In this document: in pieces, positions 10,215 to 20,123 of the stretch | Layout: every line of letters begins with the position of its first letter | How positions within the stretch are numbered: position 1 is the stretch's first letter | NCBI GenBank assembly: GCA_964291625.2 | Contig: OZ220089.1 | Location: 3,552,001 to 3,616,000 of the forward strand | Length of the DNA stretch: 64,000 nt | Reading direction: 5' to 3' | Source: Candidatus Latescibacterota bacterium | Lineage (GTDB): Bacteria; Latescibacterota; UBA2968; UBA8231 | The notes under the pieces: generated by a model | What the model saw: the letters and a program-made list of their open reading frames with translations, nothing else | Databases searched by the model: none | Told to the model about the DNA's origin: nothing | Position numbers and translations under genes: made by a program

Positions 10215-10325
10215 CCCCGGCCGCCGCAGCGGCGGCGCGGCAGCTCCCGGCGGGGGCGCCCTGCCGGGCCACCCGCACCACCGCCGCGGCCGCCGCGGGC
10301 AGGGCGAGGACAGGGGGAGCCTGAC

Positions 10326-11123
10326 GTGCCCGGCCGGCTGAGCGGCAAGGTGGCCCTGATCACGGGGGCCGGAAGCGGTATCGGACGCCAGACGGCCGTG
10401 CGCTTCGCCGCCGAGGGGGCGTGCGTCGCCGCCGTGGACGTGAATTCCGAGGCGGGACAGGCGGTGGCCGAGGAGGTCGCCGCCGCCGGGGGGCGGGCCG
10501 TCTTCGTGGAGGCCGACGTGTCCCGGGGGAGGGACTGCGCCGCCATGGTCGCCCGCGCGGAGGAGGAGTTCGGCGCCCTCCACGTGCTGTTCAACAACGC
10601 CGGCATCTCCCACGCCGACGACGCCGACGCCGTCGACACGGAGGAGGCGGTCTGGGACCTGACGATGGCCGTCAACCTCAAAGGGGTGTTCCTGGGCTGC
10701 AAGCACGGGGTGCCGGCCCTGCGGCGGGCCGGCGGCGGCTCGATCATCAACACCGCCTCCTTCGTCGCCCTCCTCGGGGCGGCGGTGCCGCAGCTGGCCT
10801 ACACGGCCAGCAAGGGAGGGGTGCTGGCCCTGACGCGGGAGCTGGCCGTGGTCCACGCCCGCGAGGGCATCCGCGTCAACGCCCTGTGCCCGGGGCCGCT
10901 GCGCACCGAGCTGCTGATGAAGTACCTCGACACCGACAGCAAGCGGCAGCGGCGGCTCGTCCACATCCCCATGGGCCGCTTCGGCGAGGCCGGGGAGATC
11001 GCCGACGCGGCCCTCTTCCTGGCGTCGGACGAGTCGTCCTTCGTCACCGGCACCGCCTTCACCGTGGACGGCGGCATCACCGCGGCGTACGTGACCCCCG
11101 AACCGGAGGAGAGGAGTCGATGA
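10326..11123 (+). CDS. Short-chain dehydrogenase/reductase
   Basis: TGAGSGIG, FNNAGI, YTASK, IRVNALCPG; GTG 10326 after GGGGAG. Confidence 0.9.
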   Translation: MPGRLSGKVALITGAGSGIGRQTAVRFAAEGACVAAVDVNSEAGQAVAEEVAAAGGRAVFVEADVSRGRDCAAMVARAEEEFGALHVLFNNAGISHADDADAVDTEEAVWDLTMAVNLKGVFLGCKHGVPALRRAGGGSIINTASFVALLGAAVPQLAYTASKGGVLALTRELAVVHAREGIRVNALCPGPLRTELLMKYLDTDSKRQRRLVHIPMGRFGEAGEIADAALFLASDESSFVTGTAFTVDGGITAAYVTPEPEERSR

Positions 11124-12433
11124 AGGAGTACTTCGAAGGCATCGGAAAGGTGGAGTACGAGGGGCCGGAGACGGACAACCCCTTCGCCTTCCGCCACTAC
11201 GACCCGGCGGAGAAGGTCGGCCGCCGGACGATGGAGCAGCACCTGCGGTTCTCGGTGGTCTACTGGCACACGATGAAGGGCGGCGGCATCGACCCCTTCG
11301 GGCCCTCCCCGGTCTACGACCGGCCCTGGGAGACCTCCAGCGACCCCATGGAGGCGGCCGAGGACACGATGCGCGCCGCCTTCGAGTTCTTCACCAAGCT
11401 GGGGGTGCCGTTCTGGGCCTTCCACGACCGCGACATCTCCCCCGAGGGCGAGAGCCTGAAGGAGACGAACGAACGCCTCGACCGCATGGTGAAGCTGGCC
11501 GCGTCGCTGCAGCGCGAGACGGGGGTGAAGCTGCTGTGGGGGACCTCCAACTGCTTCTCCAACGCGCGCTTCACCCACGGCGCCGGCACCAACCCCGACC
11601 CCCACGTCTTCGCCTGGGCGGGGGCGCAGATCAAGAAGTGCATGGAGTGCACCCAGGCCCTGGGCGGCGCCAACTACGTGTTCTGGGGTGGCCGCGAGGG
11701 CTACTCCAGCCTCCTCAACACCGATCTGAAGCAGGAGCAGGAGCAGATGGCGCGGCTCCTGCGTATGGCCGCCGACTACAAGAAGGAGATCGGCTTCCGG
11801 GGCACCCTCCTCGTCGAGCCGAAGCCGAAGGAGCCGACCAAGCACCAGTACGACTACGACGCCGCCACGGTCCTCGGCTTCCTCCGCGCCCACGACCTGC
11901 TCGACGACTTCAAGCTCAACCTCGAGGCCAACCACGCCACCCTGGCGGGCCACACCTTCGAGCACGACCTGACCGTGGCCGCCGCCGAGGGCCGCCTCGG
12001 CAGCATCGACGCCAACCGCGGCGACCTCCTCCTCGGCTGGGACACGGACCAGTTCCCCACCGACCTCTACGGCACGACCTACGCGATGATGGTCATCCTG
12101 AAGCAGGGCGGGCTGCGGACCGGCGGCGTCAACTTCGACGCCAAGGTGCGGCGCGGCTCCTTCGACGTGGAGGACCTCTTCCACGCCCACATCGGCGGCA
12201 TGGACGCCTTCGCCCGGGGGCTGAAGACGGCGGCGCGGATCCTCGAGGACGGCGTGGTGGGCGACTTCGTGAAGCGGCGCTACGCCGGCTGGCGGCGCGG
12301 GATCGGACGCAAGATCCTGAGGGGCGAGGCGACCCTGGCCGACATGGAGGCGTACGTCCACGACCACGGCGAGGCGCCCAGGGTGAGCGGCCGCGAGGAG
12401 TGGCTGGAGAACGTGATCAACGGCTATCTCTGA
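11120..12433 (+). CDS. xylA: Xylose isomerase (class II)
   Basis: VYWHT, FHDRD, FWGGREG, EPKPKEPTKHQYD, EANHATLAGH, GWDTDQFP; ATGA overlap with SDR stop. Confidence 0.95.
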   Translation: MKEYFEGIGKVEYEGPETDNPFAFRHYDPAEKVGRRTMEQHLRFSVVYWHTMKGGGIDPFGPSPVYDRPWETSSDPMEAAEDTMRAAFEFFTKLGVPFWAFHDRDISPEGESLKETNERLDRMVKLAASLQRETGVKLLWGTSNCFSNARFTHGAGTNPDPHVFAWAGAQIKKCMECTQALGGANYVFWGGREGYSSLLNTDLKQEQEQMARLLRMAADYKKEIGFRGTLLVEPKPKEPTKHQYDYDAATVLGFLRAHDLLDDFKLNLEANHATLAGHTFEHDLTVAAAEGRLGSIDANRGDLLLGWDTDQFPTDLYGTTYAMMVILKQGGLRTGGVNFDAKVRRGSFDVEDLFHAHIGGMDAFARGLKTAARILEDGVVGDFVKRRYAGWRRGIGRKILRGEATLADMEAYVHDHGEAPRVSGREEWLENVINGYL

Positions 12434-12439
12434 GGCCGG

Positions 12440-12997
12440 TCACGCGCCGACCCGCTCGGCGAGGTCCCGGACGAGGGGCCCGGCTTCCGTCTCCACCTGG
12501 AGAATGGCCCGGTCCTTCTCGCGCAGGAACCCCCGTTCCACCGCCTGGTCGAGGAAGCGCACCAGGGGATCGAAGTAGCCGGCCGTGTTGAGCAGCCCCA
12601 CCGGCTTGGCATGGAAGCCGAGTTGGGCCCAGGCCAGGGCCTCGAAGAGCTCCTCCAGGGTGCCGTACCCGCCCGGCAGGGCCAGGAAGGCGTCGGACCG
12701 GCGCGCCATGATCGCCTTGCGCTCGTGCATGTCGTCGGTCACGATCAACTCGTGCAGCCCGCCGCTGGCCAGCTCCCGCTCCTCGAGGGTGCGGGGGATG
12801 ACCCCCACGACGCGGCCCCCGGCGGCCAGGGCGGACTCGGCGACGGCCCCCATGAGCCCCACGTTGCCGCCCCCGTAGACCACCCCCATCCCGCGGCGGG
12901 CGATGGCCCGGCCCAGCACTCCGGCCTCGCGGAGGTAGGTCTCGCCGAGGCCGGCCTTCGAGCCGCAGTACACGCAGATGCTCCTGGTTGCCACCAT
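12440..12997 (-). CDS. LOG family nucleotide phosphoribohydrolase (TIGR00730-like)
   Basis: ICVYCGS, YGGGNVGLMG, MHERK, PGGYGTLEE. Confidence 0.9.
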   Translation of the reverse strand: MVATRSICVYCGSKAGLGETYLREAGVLGRAIARRGMGVVYGGGNVGLMGAVAESALAAGGRVVGVIPRTLEERELASGGLHELIVTDDMHERKAIMARRSDAFLALPGGYGTLEELFEALAWAQLGFHAKPVGLLNTAGYFDPLVRFLDQAVERGFLREKDRAILQVETEAGPLVRDLAERVGA

Positions 12998-13024
12998 CTC
13001 TCCCTTCGGCCGTACACTACAGGA

Positions 13025-13279
13025 ATGCCAACCAAGATAGGTGTTCCCGGCCATCTCCTCCGCAGGGCGGAGGCCGCCGCTGCGCTCCAGGGCAAGAGCC
13101 TCAGGGCCTTCGTCACGGAGGTTCTCGAGGAGAAGTTGGGACGCGCCGTGGGGAGGGGATCCCGCCGCCGGCTCCGGTTCCCCCTCGTTCCGTCCAGCCG
13201 TCCGGGGTCGGTCGACCTGGGCTCCGACGACAGCGGCATCCTGGAGGCGGAGGATACGGGTGCGCCTGGCAGTCGATAG
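13025..13279 (+). CDS. Ribbon-helix-helix VapB-like antitoxin (orphan, possibly decaying)
   Basis: LLRRAEAAAALQGKSLRAFVTEVLEEKL..RLRFPLV pattern typical of RHH antitoxins preceding PIN toxins. Confidence 0.55.
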   Translation: MPTKIGVPGHLLRRAEAAAALQGKSLRAFVTEVLEEKLGRAVGRGSRRRLRFPLVPSSRPGSVDLGSDDSGILEAEDTGAPGSR

Positions 13280-13322
13280 CCTGTGGGTGTGACGAGCAAT
13301 GACGAGGCGGCCACACAGACAG

Positions 13323-13358
13323 CGACTGACCCTTGCAGGTAGTGCCAAGGGTCAGTCG
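13323..13358. terminator. Perfect 13-bp inverted repeat between convergent genes
   Basis: CGACTGACCCTTG-N10-CAAGGGTCAGTCG; no clear poly-U tail. Confidence 0.55.
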
Positions 13359-13405
13359 GGGCTGGAGGCGAATTCTCTGCTGCGGGTGTGGCTGAACGGC
13401 TCGGA

Positions 13406-14245
13406 TCAGGGGGAGGCCTCGACCTCGGGATCGACAGCCTCCTTGGCCTCGCCCCAGCTCCGAGCGGGTTCGCCCGGCAACGCGGCGTCCATCTTTGCGG
13501 CGGGGAACGGCCCCGACCCGGAGCGGACGCGGATCATCTCCCCCCCTTCGAGACTGTCGGGGTCACCGATCTCGATCTCCAGGGCACCGTCCGGGAGACC
13601 CAGCGGCGCCCGGTCCTGGTTCACGTCGACGGTGACGACCCGATCCCCGCTCCCATCCAGCGTTTCCGTGACCTGGACCAACTCCAACTTGCGCACGCCG
13701 TCATCGGCCCCATCGTCCTCGACCACCAGGATGACCCCGTCCTCGGTCTCCACCGCTTCCCTGATCTCGACGGGCTCGCCGTCGATGGTCATGCTGATCC
13801 GCTGCAGGAGGCTGCCGGCGACCTCGGCGATCGCCGCCCTCTGGCTGGCGGCCCCGGCCAGCAGGACCGCTGCGGCGGCGAGCGCGGCGGCGAGGGCGCG
13901 CGGACGCCAGCGCTGCCGGCGGTGCGGCCCGGAGGTCGAACCCGGAACCCGCGGTGAGCCGTTGCCGGAGAGGACCGGGGCCGCCTCGCGCACAGAACCC
14001 ACGTCATCGCTCCGGCCCCCGAGGCGGGCGGCCAGGGCCCGGTTGGCGTCCAGGAGCAGGTCCGCGGGATAGCTGGACTCGCGGATCGACCGCCCGGCCG
14101 CACTCAACAGGGCCAGGTCTCCTCTGAGCCCGGCGGTCTCCGGGTGGGCACGCAAGTACTCCTCGACCTCCCTGCGCTCGGCCTCGGGCAGCTCGCCGTC
14201 GAGGTACTCGATCAGTCTGTCTTGGAACTGGCTGGTGGTGATCAT
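13406..14245 (-). CDS. Anti-sigma factor (zf-HC2-like N-terminus, single TM)
   Basis: LIEYLDGELPEAERREVEEYL N-terminal motif, TM segment, ATGA overlap with the ECF sigma. Confidence 0.75.
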   Translation of the reverse strand: MITTSQFQDRLIEYLDGELPEAERREVEEYLRAHPETAGLRGDLALLSAAGRSIRESSYPADLLLDANRALAARLGGRSDDVGSVREAAPVLSGNGSPRVPGSTSGPHRRQRWRPRALAAALAAAAVLLAGAASQRAAIAEVAGSLLQRISMTIDGEPVEIREAVETEDGVILVVEDDGADDGVRKLELVQVTETLDGSGDRVVTVDVNQDRAPLGLPDGALEIEIGDPDSLEGGEMIRVRSGSGPFPAAKMDAALPGEPARSWGEAKEAVDPEVEASP

Positions 14246-14763
14246 CTGCAGGCCTCCTTCTCGGCGTTTGTCGCTTCGGGGAAGTCGTCGGCTGAGAGCT
14301 GCTGGCGGATCTGTCTCGCGGCCTGAAAGGCGGCGGCCCGAGCCGCGCCCTCGGAGCAGTCGAGGATCCGGGCGATCTGCTCGAAGGAGCAGCCTTGGAA
14401 GTACCTCAGAACGAAGACCTCTCTGCGGCGCCCGGGCAGGTCCAGGGCGAGGCGCCGGATGGCGTCGACCATCAGCCCTCTCTCGACCGCATCCTCGGAC
14501 TCCCGGCAGTGAGGTTCCTCCGCCACTTCCGTCCACGGCCGCAGGCGGGCCCGCTGGCGGCTGAAGTCGATGGCGGCATTGATCGCCGTGCGGCACAGCC
14601 ACGCCTTGGGCTGTTGCAGAGGGCCGGCCTCGCCGGTGGTGACATGGAACTTGACGAACACCTCCTGGTAGAGATCGGCGGTCTCCTCCCGGTTCTGGTT
14701 GATCCGCCAGATCAGGCTCATGACCAGGGGACCGTACCTCTCGAGTGCCTGTTCTACGTGCAT
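14242..14763 (-). CDS. ECF RNA polymerase sigma factor
   Basis: ADLYQEVF, AWLCRTAINAAIDF (region 2); LPGRRREVFVLRYFQGCSFEQIARIL (region 4). Confidence 0.9.
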   Translation of the reverse strand: MHVEQALERYGPLVMSLIWRINQNREETADLYQEVFVKFHVTTGEAGPLQQPKAWLCRTAINAAIDFSRQRARLRPWTEVAEEPHCRESEDAVERGLMVDAIRRLALDLPGRRREVFVLRYFQGCSFEQIARILDCSEGAARAAAFQAARQIRQQLSADDFPEATNAEKEACR

Positions 14764-14947
14764 CCCATCTCCCTGGTGAGGGGGAACGAAGGAATCCCGT
14801 TCGGCCACACCCATAGAACGACGCAGGGCACGGTTTGTTACTTCGGCGAAGGGACGATTTCCGCCGGATCCACCCTCGGGAGGTCTCCACGACTCATGAG
14901 CTTTCTCTCGTGGGGAACCTGCTATCATTGGAGCATCAGTTGATAGC

Positions 14948-15214
14948 ATGGAGCTACACGAGGTGGTCCGAACACAGATCCAGCTGACCGAAGATCAGGC
15001 GCGGCAGGTCAAGCGGATCGCCGCCGAGCAGGGGGTCTCGATGGCGGCGGTGATTCGCCAAGGGGTGGACCTCCTGCTGCACTCGGCGGAGACGGCCGTC
15101 AGCGATGACGATCGCGCAACCCGGGCGATCGCGGCGGCCGGCCGGTTCCGTTCCGGGGGCGGCGACGGAGCCGTGGCGCACGACCGCCACCTGCGGGACG
15201 CCTACCGCGGGTGA
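14948..15214 (+). CDS. CopG/RHH antitoxin (VapB-like)
   Basis: VRTQIQLTEDQ..VKRIAAEQGVSMAAVIRQGVD; C-terminal HDRHL; overlaps PIN gene. Confidence 0.8.
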   Translation: MELHEVVRTQIQLTEDQARQVKRIAAEQGVSMAAVIRQGVDLLLHSAETAVSDDDRATRAIAAAGRFRSGGGDGAVAHDRHLRDAYRG

Positions 15215-15649
15215 TGGTCTTCGTCGACACCTCCGCCCTGTTACGCGGTGCTGGACGCCGATGACGACCAGCATTCGCGGGCCGAGGCCGAGTGGCGCCG
15301 CCTGGTGGGAGGCGGCTCCGGCCTTCTGACGACCAGCTATGTCCTGGTGGAGACCACGGCCCTGGTACAGCACCGGCTCGGCATGGTGGCCGTGGGGGTG
15401 CTTGAGCAGGAGATCCGGCCCGTCCTTCGGGTCGAGTGGGTCGACGAGGCCCTTCACGCCAGCGGCATGGCCTCGGTGCTCGCCGCCGGCCGCCGGGGGC
15501 TCAGCCTCGTGGACTGCGTCAGCTTTGCGGTGATGGCCCGCGCGGGGCTACGCGAGGCCTTCGCTTTCGACGACCACTTCGCCGGGCGGGGCTTCTCGTG
15601 CCTCCCGGCGGACCTCCCTCAGGCAGGCTCGACGGCTTCACCCGTGTAG
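15214..15649 (+). pseudogene. VapC PIN-domain toxin with +1 frameshift near 15241 (or sequencing error)
   Basis: ATG 15214 MVFVDTSAL, extra T, then YAVLDADD..TTSYVLVET..LSLVDCVSF..FAFDDHF. Confidence 0.75.
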
Positions 15650-15695
15650 AACGCCGTCGTTCGCCTCGCGGCGGCGCTGGCCTTGCTGCGGCCCC

Positions 15696-16676
15696 TCAGT
15701 TGTCGCGCGGCACCGCCATCATGCGTTCGAGGGAGAGGCGCGCGCCTTCGATGACATCGTCGTCGAGGTCGATCTCGAAGCGCTCCTCGGCCAGCGAGAA
15801 GTAGACGTCCTGCAGGCCCGTGACCTTCATGTACGGGCAGTGCAGGCGGCAGCCGATGCAGCCGTCGGCGGGGACGAACTCCTTGCCGGGGTAGCGCTTC
15901 CTGAGCTGGTGGATCATCCCCTCTTCGGTGGCGATGATGAAGGTCCGGGCCTCGGGGTACTTGCCGACGGCGTTGAGCATGCCCGTCGTCGAGCAGACCT
16001 CGTGGGCGGCCTCGACCACGTCCTGCCGGCACTCGGGGTGGGCGATGATCACCGCCTCGGGGAACTCCTTGCGGGTGCGGTCGACGGTGGCGTGGCGCAG
16101 CACGTCGTGGGTCGGGCAGACGCCGTCGTAGGCGACGACCTCCTTCTCGGGCACCTGGTCGGCCACCCAGCGGGCCAGGTTCTTGTCGGGGGTGAACAGG
16201 ACGCGGTCGGTGTCGAGGCTGCGCACCACGGAGACGGCGTTGGCCGAGGTGCAGCAGATGTCGGACTCGGCCTTCACCTCGGCCGAGGAGTTGACGTAGG
16301 TGACCACGGCGTGGTCGGGATAGCGCTCCTTCCACTCGTAGAGGCTCTCGACGGTGATCGAGTCGGAGAGGGCGCAGCCGGCCCCCAGGTGGGGCAGGAA
16401 GACGCGCTTGTCCGGGCTGAGGATCTTGGCCGACTCGGCCATGAAGTGGACGCCGCAGAACACGATGATGTCGGCGTCGGTCCGCGACGCCTCCACCGAC
16501 AGCCCGAGGGAGTCGCCGGTGACGTCGGCCAGGTCCTGGATCGGCGGGATCTGGTAGTTGTGGGCCAGGATCACCGCGTTCTTCTCCACCCGGAGGCGGT
16601 CGATCTGCTCGATCAGCTCCTGGTCCGGGATGTGCTCGAAGCGGGTCTGGCCGGCGGGGGGGGCAACCTGGGTCAT
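15696..16676 (-). CDS. nadA: Quinolinate synthase
   Basis: ILAHNYQ, GDSL, FCGVHFMAE, YVNSSAEVKA, CTSAN, AHPEC, CPYMK. Confidence 0.95.
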   Translation of the reverse strand: MTQVAPPAGQTRFEHIPDQELIEQIDRLRVEKNAVILAHNYQIPPIQDLADVTGDSLGLSVEASRTDADIIVFCGVHFMAESAKILSPDKRVFLPHLGAGCALSDSITVESLYEWKERYPDHAVVTYVNSSAEVKAESDICCTSANAVSVVRSLDTDRVLFTPDKNLARWVADQVPEKEVVAYDGVCPTHDVLRHATVDRTRKEFPEAVIIAHPECRQDVVEAAHEVCSTTGMLNAVGKYPEARTFIIATEEGMIHQLRKRYPGKEFVPADGCIGCRLHCPYMKVTGLQDVYFSLAEERFEIDLDDDVIEGARLSLERMMAVPRDN

Positions 16677-16891
16677 GGCTCGCTCACCTTCGCCCCCGCG
16701 TCGGGGGGGACGGTCTCGGTTCCGTTGGGGAAGACGCGCCAGAACTCCTTGCGGATGAGGCCGGTGATCATGGCGCTCTTGCTGCTTCCGTGGTAGCGGG
16801 CGACCGCCTCCAGCATCTGGAAGTCGCGGTCGTGGGCCGAGAAGGTCCGCGGCCGGGAACGGTCGCTCTTGGGCTTTGATGCGGCGGGCAT
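16673..16891 (-). CDS. Small ribbon-helix-helix DNA-binding protein coupled to nadA
   Basis: RPRTFS (strand) DRDFQMLEAVARYHG SSKSAMITGLIRKEF (helix-turn-helix of RHH); AGAGGA SD; stop overlaps nadA ATG. Confidence 0.65.
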   Translation of the reverse strand: MPAASKPKSDRSRPRTFSAHDRDFQMLEAVARYHGSSKSAMITGLIRKEFWRVFPNGTETVPPDAGAKVSEP

Positions 16892-16920
16892 GGATCCTCT
16901 GCGGAGGAGGGAGAGGGGCG

Positions 16921-16981
16921 TAAGATTTATTTAATTCTTCCTTAACTGATGTACACTAAATAGGCCTGGGGCGTCTGTCAA
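16921..16981 (-). promoter_or_regulatory. sigma70 promoter for RHH-nadA with AT-rich downstream tract
   Basis: TTGACA (16981-16976), 17 nt, TAGTGT (16958-16953); TGTACA palindrome 16950-16955. Confidence 0.65.
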
Positions 16982-17070
16982 GCCCGTGTGACGGGGATGT
17001 GACGCCGCGGAGACGGCCGATGGCGGGGGAGAGGAGCCGCCGCGGAGATCGAGCCGAGGCCGGTTAGAGG

Positions 17071-18297
17071 CTACAGGGCGCGGATCCGGCGCAGGGCTTC
17101 CTCCACGAGGGGACGCTGCTGGAAAGCGGAGAGGCGCACGTAGCCCTCGCCGGCGGCGCCGAACCCGGCCCCCGGGGTGCAGACCACGTGGGCCTCCTGC
17201 AGCAGGCGGTCGAAGAAGTCCCAGCTGCCGGCGCCCCCGGGGCAGGCGATCCACAGGTAGGGGGCGTTGTCAGCGCCGAAGACGGTGTAGCCGGCCGCGG
17301 TCAGGTCCCGCTTCATGAGCCGGGCGTTCTCCTGGTAGAAGCCGACGAGCTCGCCCACGGCCGCCCTTCCCTCCGGGGTGTAGCAGGCCGCGGCTCCCTT
17401 CTGCACCGGGTAGGAGACGCCGTTGTACTTGGTCGACTGGCGCCGGTCCCAGAGCCCGTGGAGGGGCACGGCCTCGCCCGCGGCCGTGTATCCCATCAGC
17501 TCGTGGGGCACGACGGTGAAGGCGCAGCGCACGCCGGTGAAGCCCGCCGTCTTGGAGAAGGAGCGCATCTCGACGGCGACCTCCCGGGCGCCGTCGATCT
17601 CGTAGATCGAGCGCGGGATCTCCGGGTCGGTGACGTAGGCCTCGTAGGCGGCGTCGAAGAGCAGGACGGCGCCTTCGCGGCGGGCGTACTCGACCCAGGC
17701 GGCCAGATCCTGGCGCGTCATCACGGCGCCGGTGGGGTTGTTCGGAGAGCACAGGTAGACGAGGTCCACGTGGCCGTCCGGCAGGGGCGGGCGGAAGCCG
17801 TTCTCCGCCGTGCAGGGCAGGTAGACGAGCCCCTCGTACCGCCCCTGGCCGTCGGCGGCGCCGGTGCGGCCGGCCATGACGTTGGAGTCGCAGTAGACGG
17901 GGTAGACCGGGTCGGTGAGGGCCACCCGCTGATCCAGGCCGAAGATCTCCTGGATATTGGCCGAGTCGCACTTGGAGCCGTCGGAGAGGAAGATCTCGTC
18001 GGCGCCGACGGAGACGCCGCGGGCGTTGTACTCGTGCTCGGCGATCGCCTCGAGGAGGAAGTCGTAGCCGCGGGCCGGGGGGTAGCCGTGGAAGCTCTCG
18101 TCGTGGGCCAGCTCCTCGCAGGCCGTCTTCATCGCCTCGGCCACCGGCCGGGGCAGGCCGCGCACGACGTCGCCGATGCCCATGCGGATGATGTCGGCGT
18201 CGGGGTTGGCCTCGGCGAAGGCCGTTGTGCGGCGGCCGATCTCGGGGAACAGGTAGCCGGCGGCGAGCTTCAGGTAGTGCTCGTTGAGCAGGGCCAT
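17071..18297 (-). CDS. dapL: LL-diaminopimelate aminotransferase
   Basis: [56 protein letters not shown]. Confidence 0.95.
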   Translation of the reverse strand: MALLNEHYLKLAAGYLFPEIGRRTTAFAEANPDADIIRMGIGDVVRGLPRPVAEAMKTACEELAHDESFHGYPPARGYDFLLEAIAEHEYNARGVSVGADEIFLSDGSKCDSANIQEIFGLDQRVALTDPVYPVYCDSNVMAGRTGAADGQGRYEGLVYLPCTAENGFRPPLPDGHVDLVYLCSPNNPTGAVMTRQDLAAWVEYARREGAVLLFDAAYEAYVTDPEIPRSIYEIDGAREVAVEMRSFSKTAGFTGVRCAFTVVPHELMGYTAAGEAVPLHGLWDRRQSTKYNGVSYPVQKGAAACYTPEGRAAVGELVGFYQENARLMKRDLTAAGYTVFGADNAPYLWIACPGGAGSWDFFDRLLQEAHVVCTPGAGFGAAGEGYVRLSAFQQRPLVEEALRRIRAL

Positions 18298-18422
18298 GGT
18301 TCTCTTTTCTTCATAGATTTCACGGCTTGTCCGGGTGGGAAGCCCCGGAATTTACGGCAGCGGCACCCCTCTGCAACACGAAGGCCGCGCCCGCCTCCCG
18401 GCGCGCCCGGCCCTGACGGAAG

Positions 18423-20123
18423 ATGGAGAATCCGATGGAGAGCGAGGACGGCGGGCGCCCCCGCGACTTCCTGCGCGAGGCGGTGGCGGCGGACACCGCC
18501 TCCGGCCGCTACGACGGCCGTGTGGTGACCCGCTTCCCCCCCGAGCCCAATGGCTATCTGCACATTGGCAACGCCAAGGCGATCTGCGTGAACTTCGGCG
18601 TCGCCGCCGACTTCGGGGGGCGCTGCAACCTGCGCTTCGACGACACCAACCCGGCGCGCGAGGAGCAGGAGTTCGTCGACGCCCAGATGGAAGACATCCG
18701 CTGGCTCGGCTTCGACTGGGGCGAGCGCGAGCTCTACGCCTCCGACTACTTCGAGCAGCTCTACGAGTGGGCCCGCGAGCTGATCCGCAAGGGCCTGGCC
18801 TACGTGGACGACCAGTCCGCCGAGGAGATCCGCCTGACCCGCGGCACCCTCACCGAGCCGGGGCGGGACAGCCCGCACCGGGACCGTTCTGTGGAGGAGA
18901 ACCTCGACCTCTTCGAGCGCATGCGGGCCGGCGAGTTCGCCGATGGCGAGAAGGTCCTGAGGGCCCGCATCGACATGGCCTCCCCGAATCCCGTGCTGCG
19001 CGACCCCGTGATGTACCGCATCCTCCGCGACCCCCACCACCGCACCGGCGACCGCTGGTGCATCTATCCCATGTACGACTGGGCCCACGGCCAGAGCGAC
19101 TCCATCGAGGGCGTCACCCACTCCCTGTGCACCCTGGAGTTCGAGGACAACCGCCCGCTGTACGACTGGTTCATCGAGAAGCTCGGCATCTTCCCGTCGC
19201 GGCAGATCGAGTACGCCCGGGGCAACGTCACCTACACGATCACCCACAAGCGCCATTTGAGAGAGCTCATCGAGTCGGGGCGGCTCTCGGGGTGGGACGA
19301 CCCGCGACTGCCCACCCTCTGCGGCCTGCGCCGCCGCGGCGTGCCGCCCGAGGCGATCCGCCGGTTCTGGAGCGAGGTGGGGGTGGCCAAGCGCGACAAC
19401 AACATCGACGTGTCGCTGCTGGAGTTCTGCATCCGCGACCACCTCAACAAGGTGGCGCCCCGGGTGATGGGCGTTCTGCGGCCCCTCAAGGTGGTGATCA
19501 CCAACTATCCGGAGGGGGAGAGCGAACAGCTCGAGGCGGTGAACAACCCGGAGGACGAGTCCGCGGGCACCCGGCCCATCCCCTTCGGGCGGGAGCTGTG
19601 GATCGAGGCCGACGACTTCATGGAGGACCCGCCGCGAAGGTTCTTCCGCCTCGCCCCCGGGCGCGAGGTGCGTCTGCGCTACGCCTACTTCATCACCTGC
19701 GAGGAGGTCGTCAAGGACGCCGACGGCCACGTCGTCGAGCTGCGCTGCACCTACGACCCGGCCACCCGCGGCGGCGACGCTCCCGACGGCCGCAAGGTGA
19801 AGGCCACCCTGCACTGGGTCTCGGCGGCCCACGCCGTCGAGGCCGAGGTGCGGCTCTACGACCGGCTCTTCCGGGTGGAGGACCCCCTCGACGTGGCCGA
19901 GGGCGAGGACTGGATGGACAACCTGAACCCCGACTCGCTGGAGGTGCGGCGCAACTGCTGGCTGGAGCCCGGCCTGGGCGCCGCCGCCCCGGGGACGACG
20001 GTGCAGTTCGAGCGCCTCGGCTACTTCTGCGCCGACCCGGACTCCACCCCGGCCAGGCCGGTCTTCAACCGCACCGTGACCCTGCGCGACGCCTGGGCCA
20101 ACATCAGGAAGCGGGGCGGCTGA
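18423..20123 (+). CDS. glnS: Glutamine--tRNA ligase
   Basis: [62 protein letters not shown]. Confidence 0.95.
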   Translation: MENPMESEDGGRPRDFLREAVAADTASGRYDGRVVTRFPPEPNGYLHIGNAKAICVNFGVAADFGGRCNLRFDDTNPAREEQEFVDAQMEDIRWLGFDWGERELYASDYFEQLYEWARELIRKGLAYVDDQSAEEIRLTRGTLTEPGRDSPHRDRSVEENLDLFERMRAGEFADGEKVLRARIDMASPNPVLRDPVMYRILRDPHHRTGDRWCIYPMYDWAHGQSDSIEGVTHSLCTLEFEDNRPLYDWFIEKLGIFPSRQIEYARGNVTYTITHKRHLRELIESGRLSGWDDPRLPTLCGLRRRGVPPEAIRRFWSEVGVAKRDNNIDVSLLEFCIRDHLNKVAPRVMGVLRPLKVVITNYPEGESEQLEAVNNPEDESAGTRPIPFGRELWIEADDFMEDPPRRFFRLAPGREVRLRYAYFITCEEVVKDADGHVVELRCTYDPATRGGDAPDGRKVKATLHWVSAAHAVEAEVRLYDRLFRVEDPLDVAEGEDWMDNLNPDSLEVRRNCWLEPGLGAAAPGTTVQFERLGYFCADPDSTPARPVFNRTVTLRDAWANIRKRGG

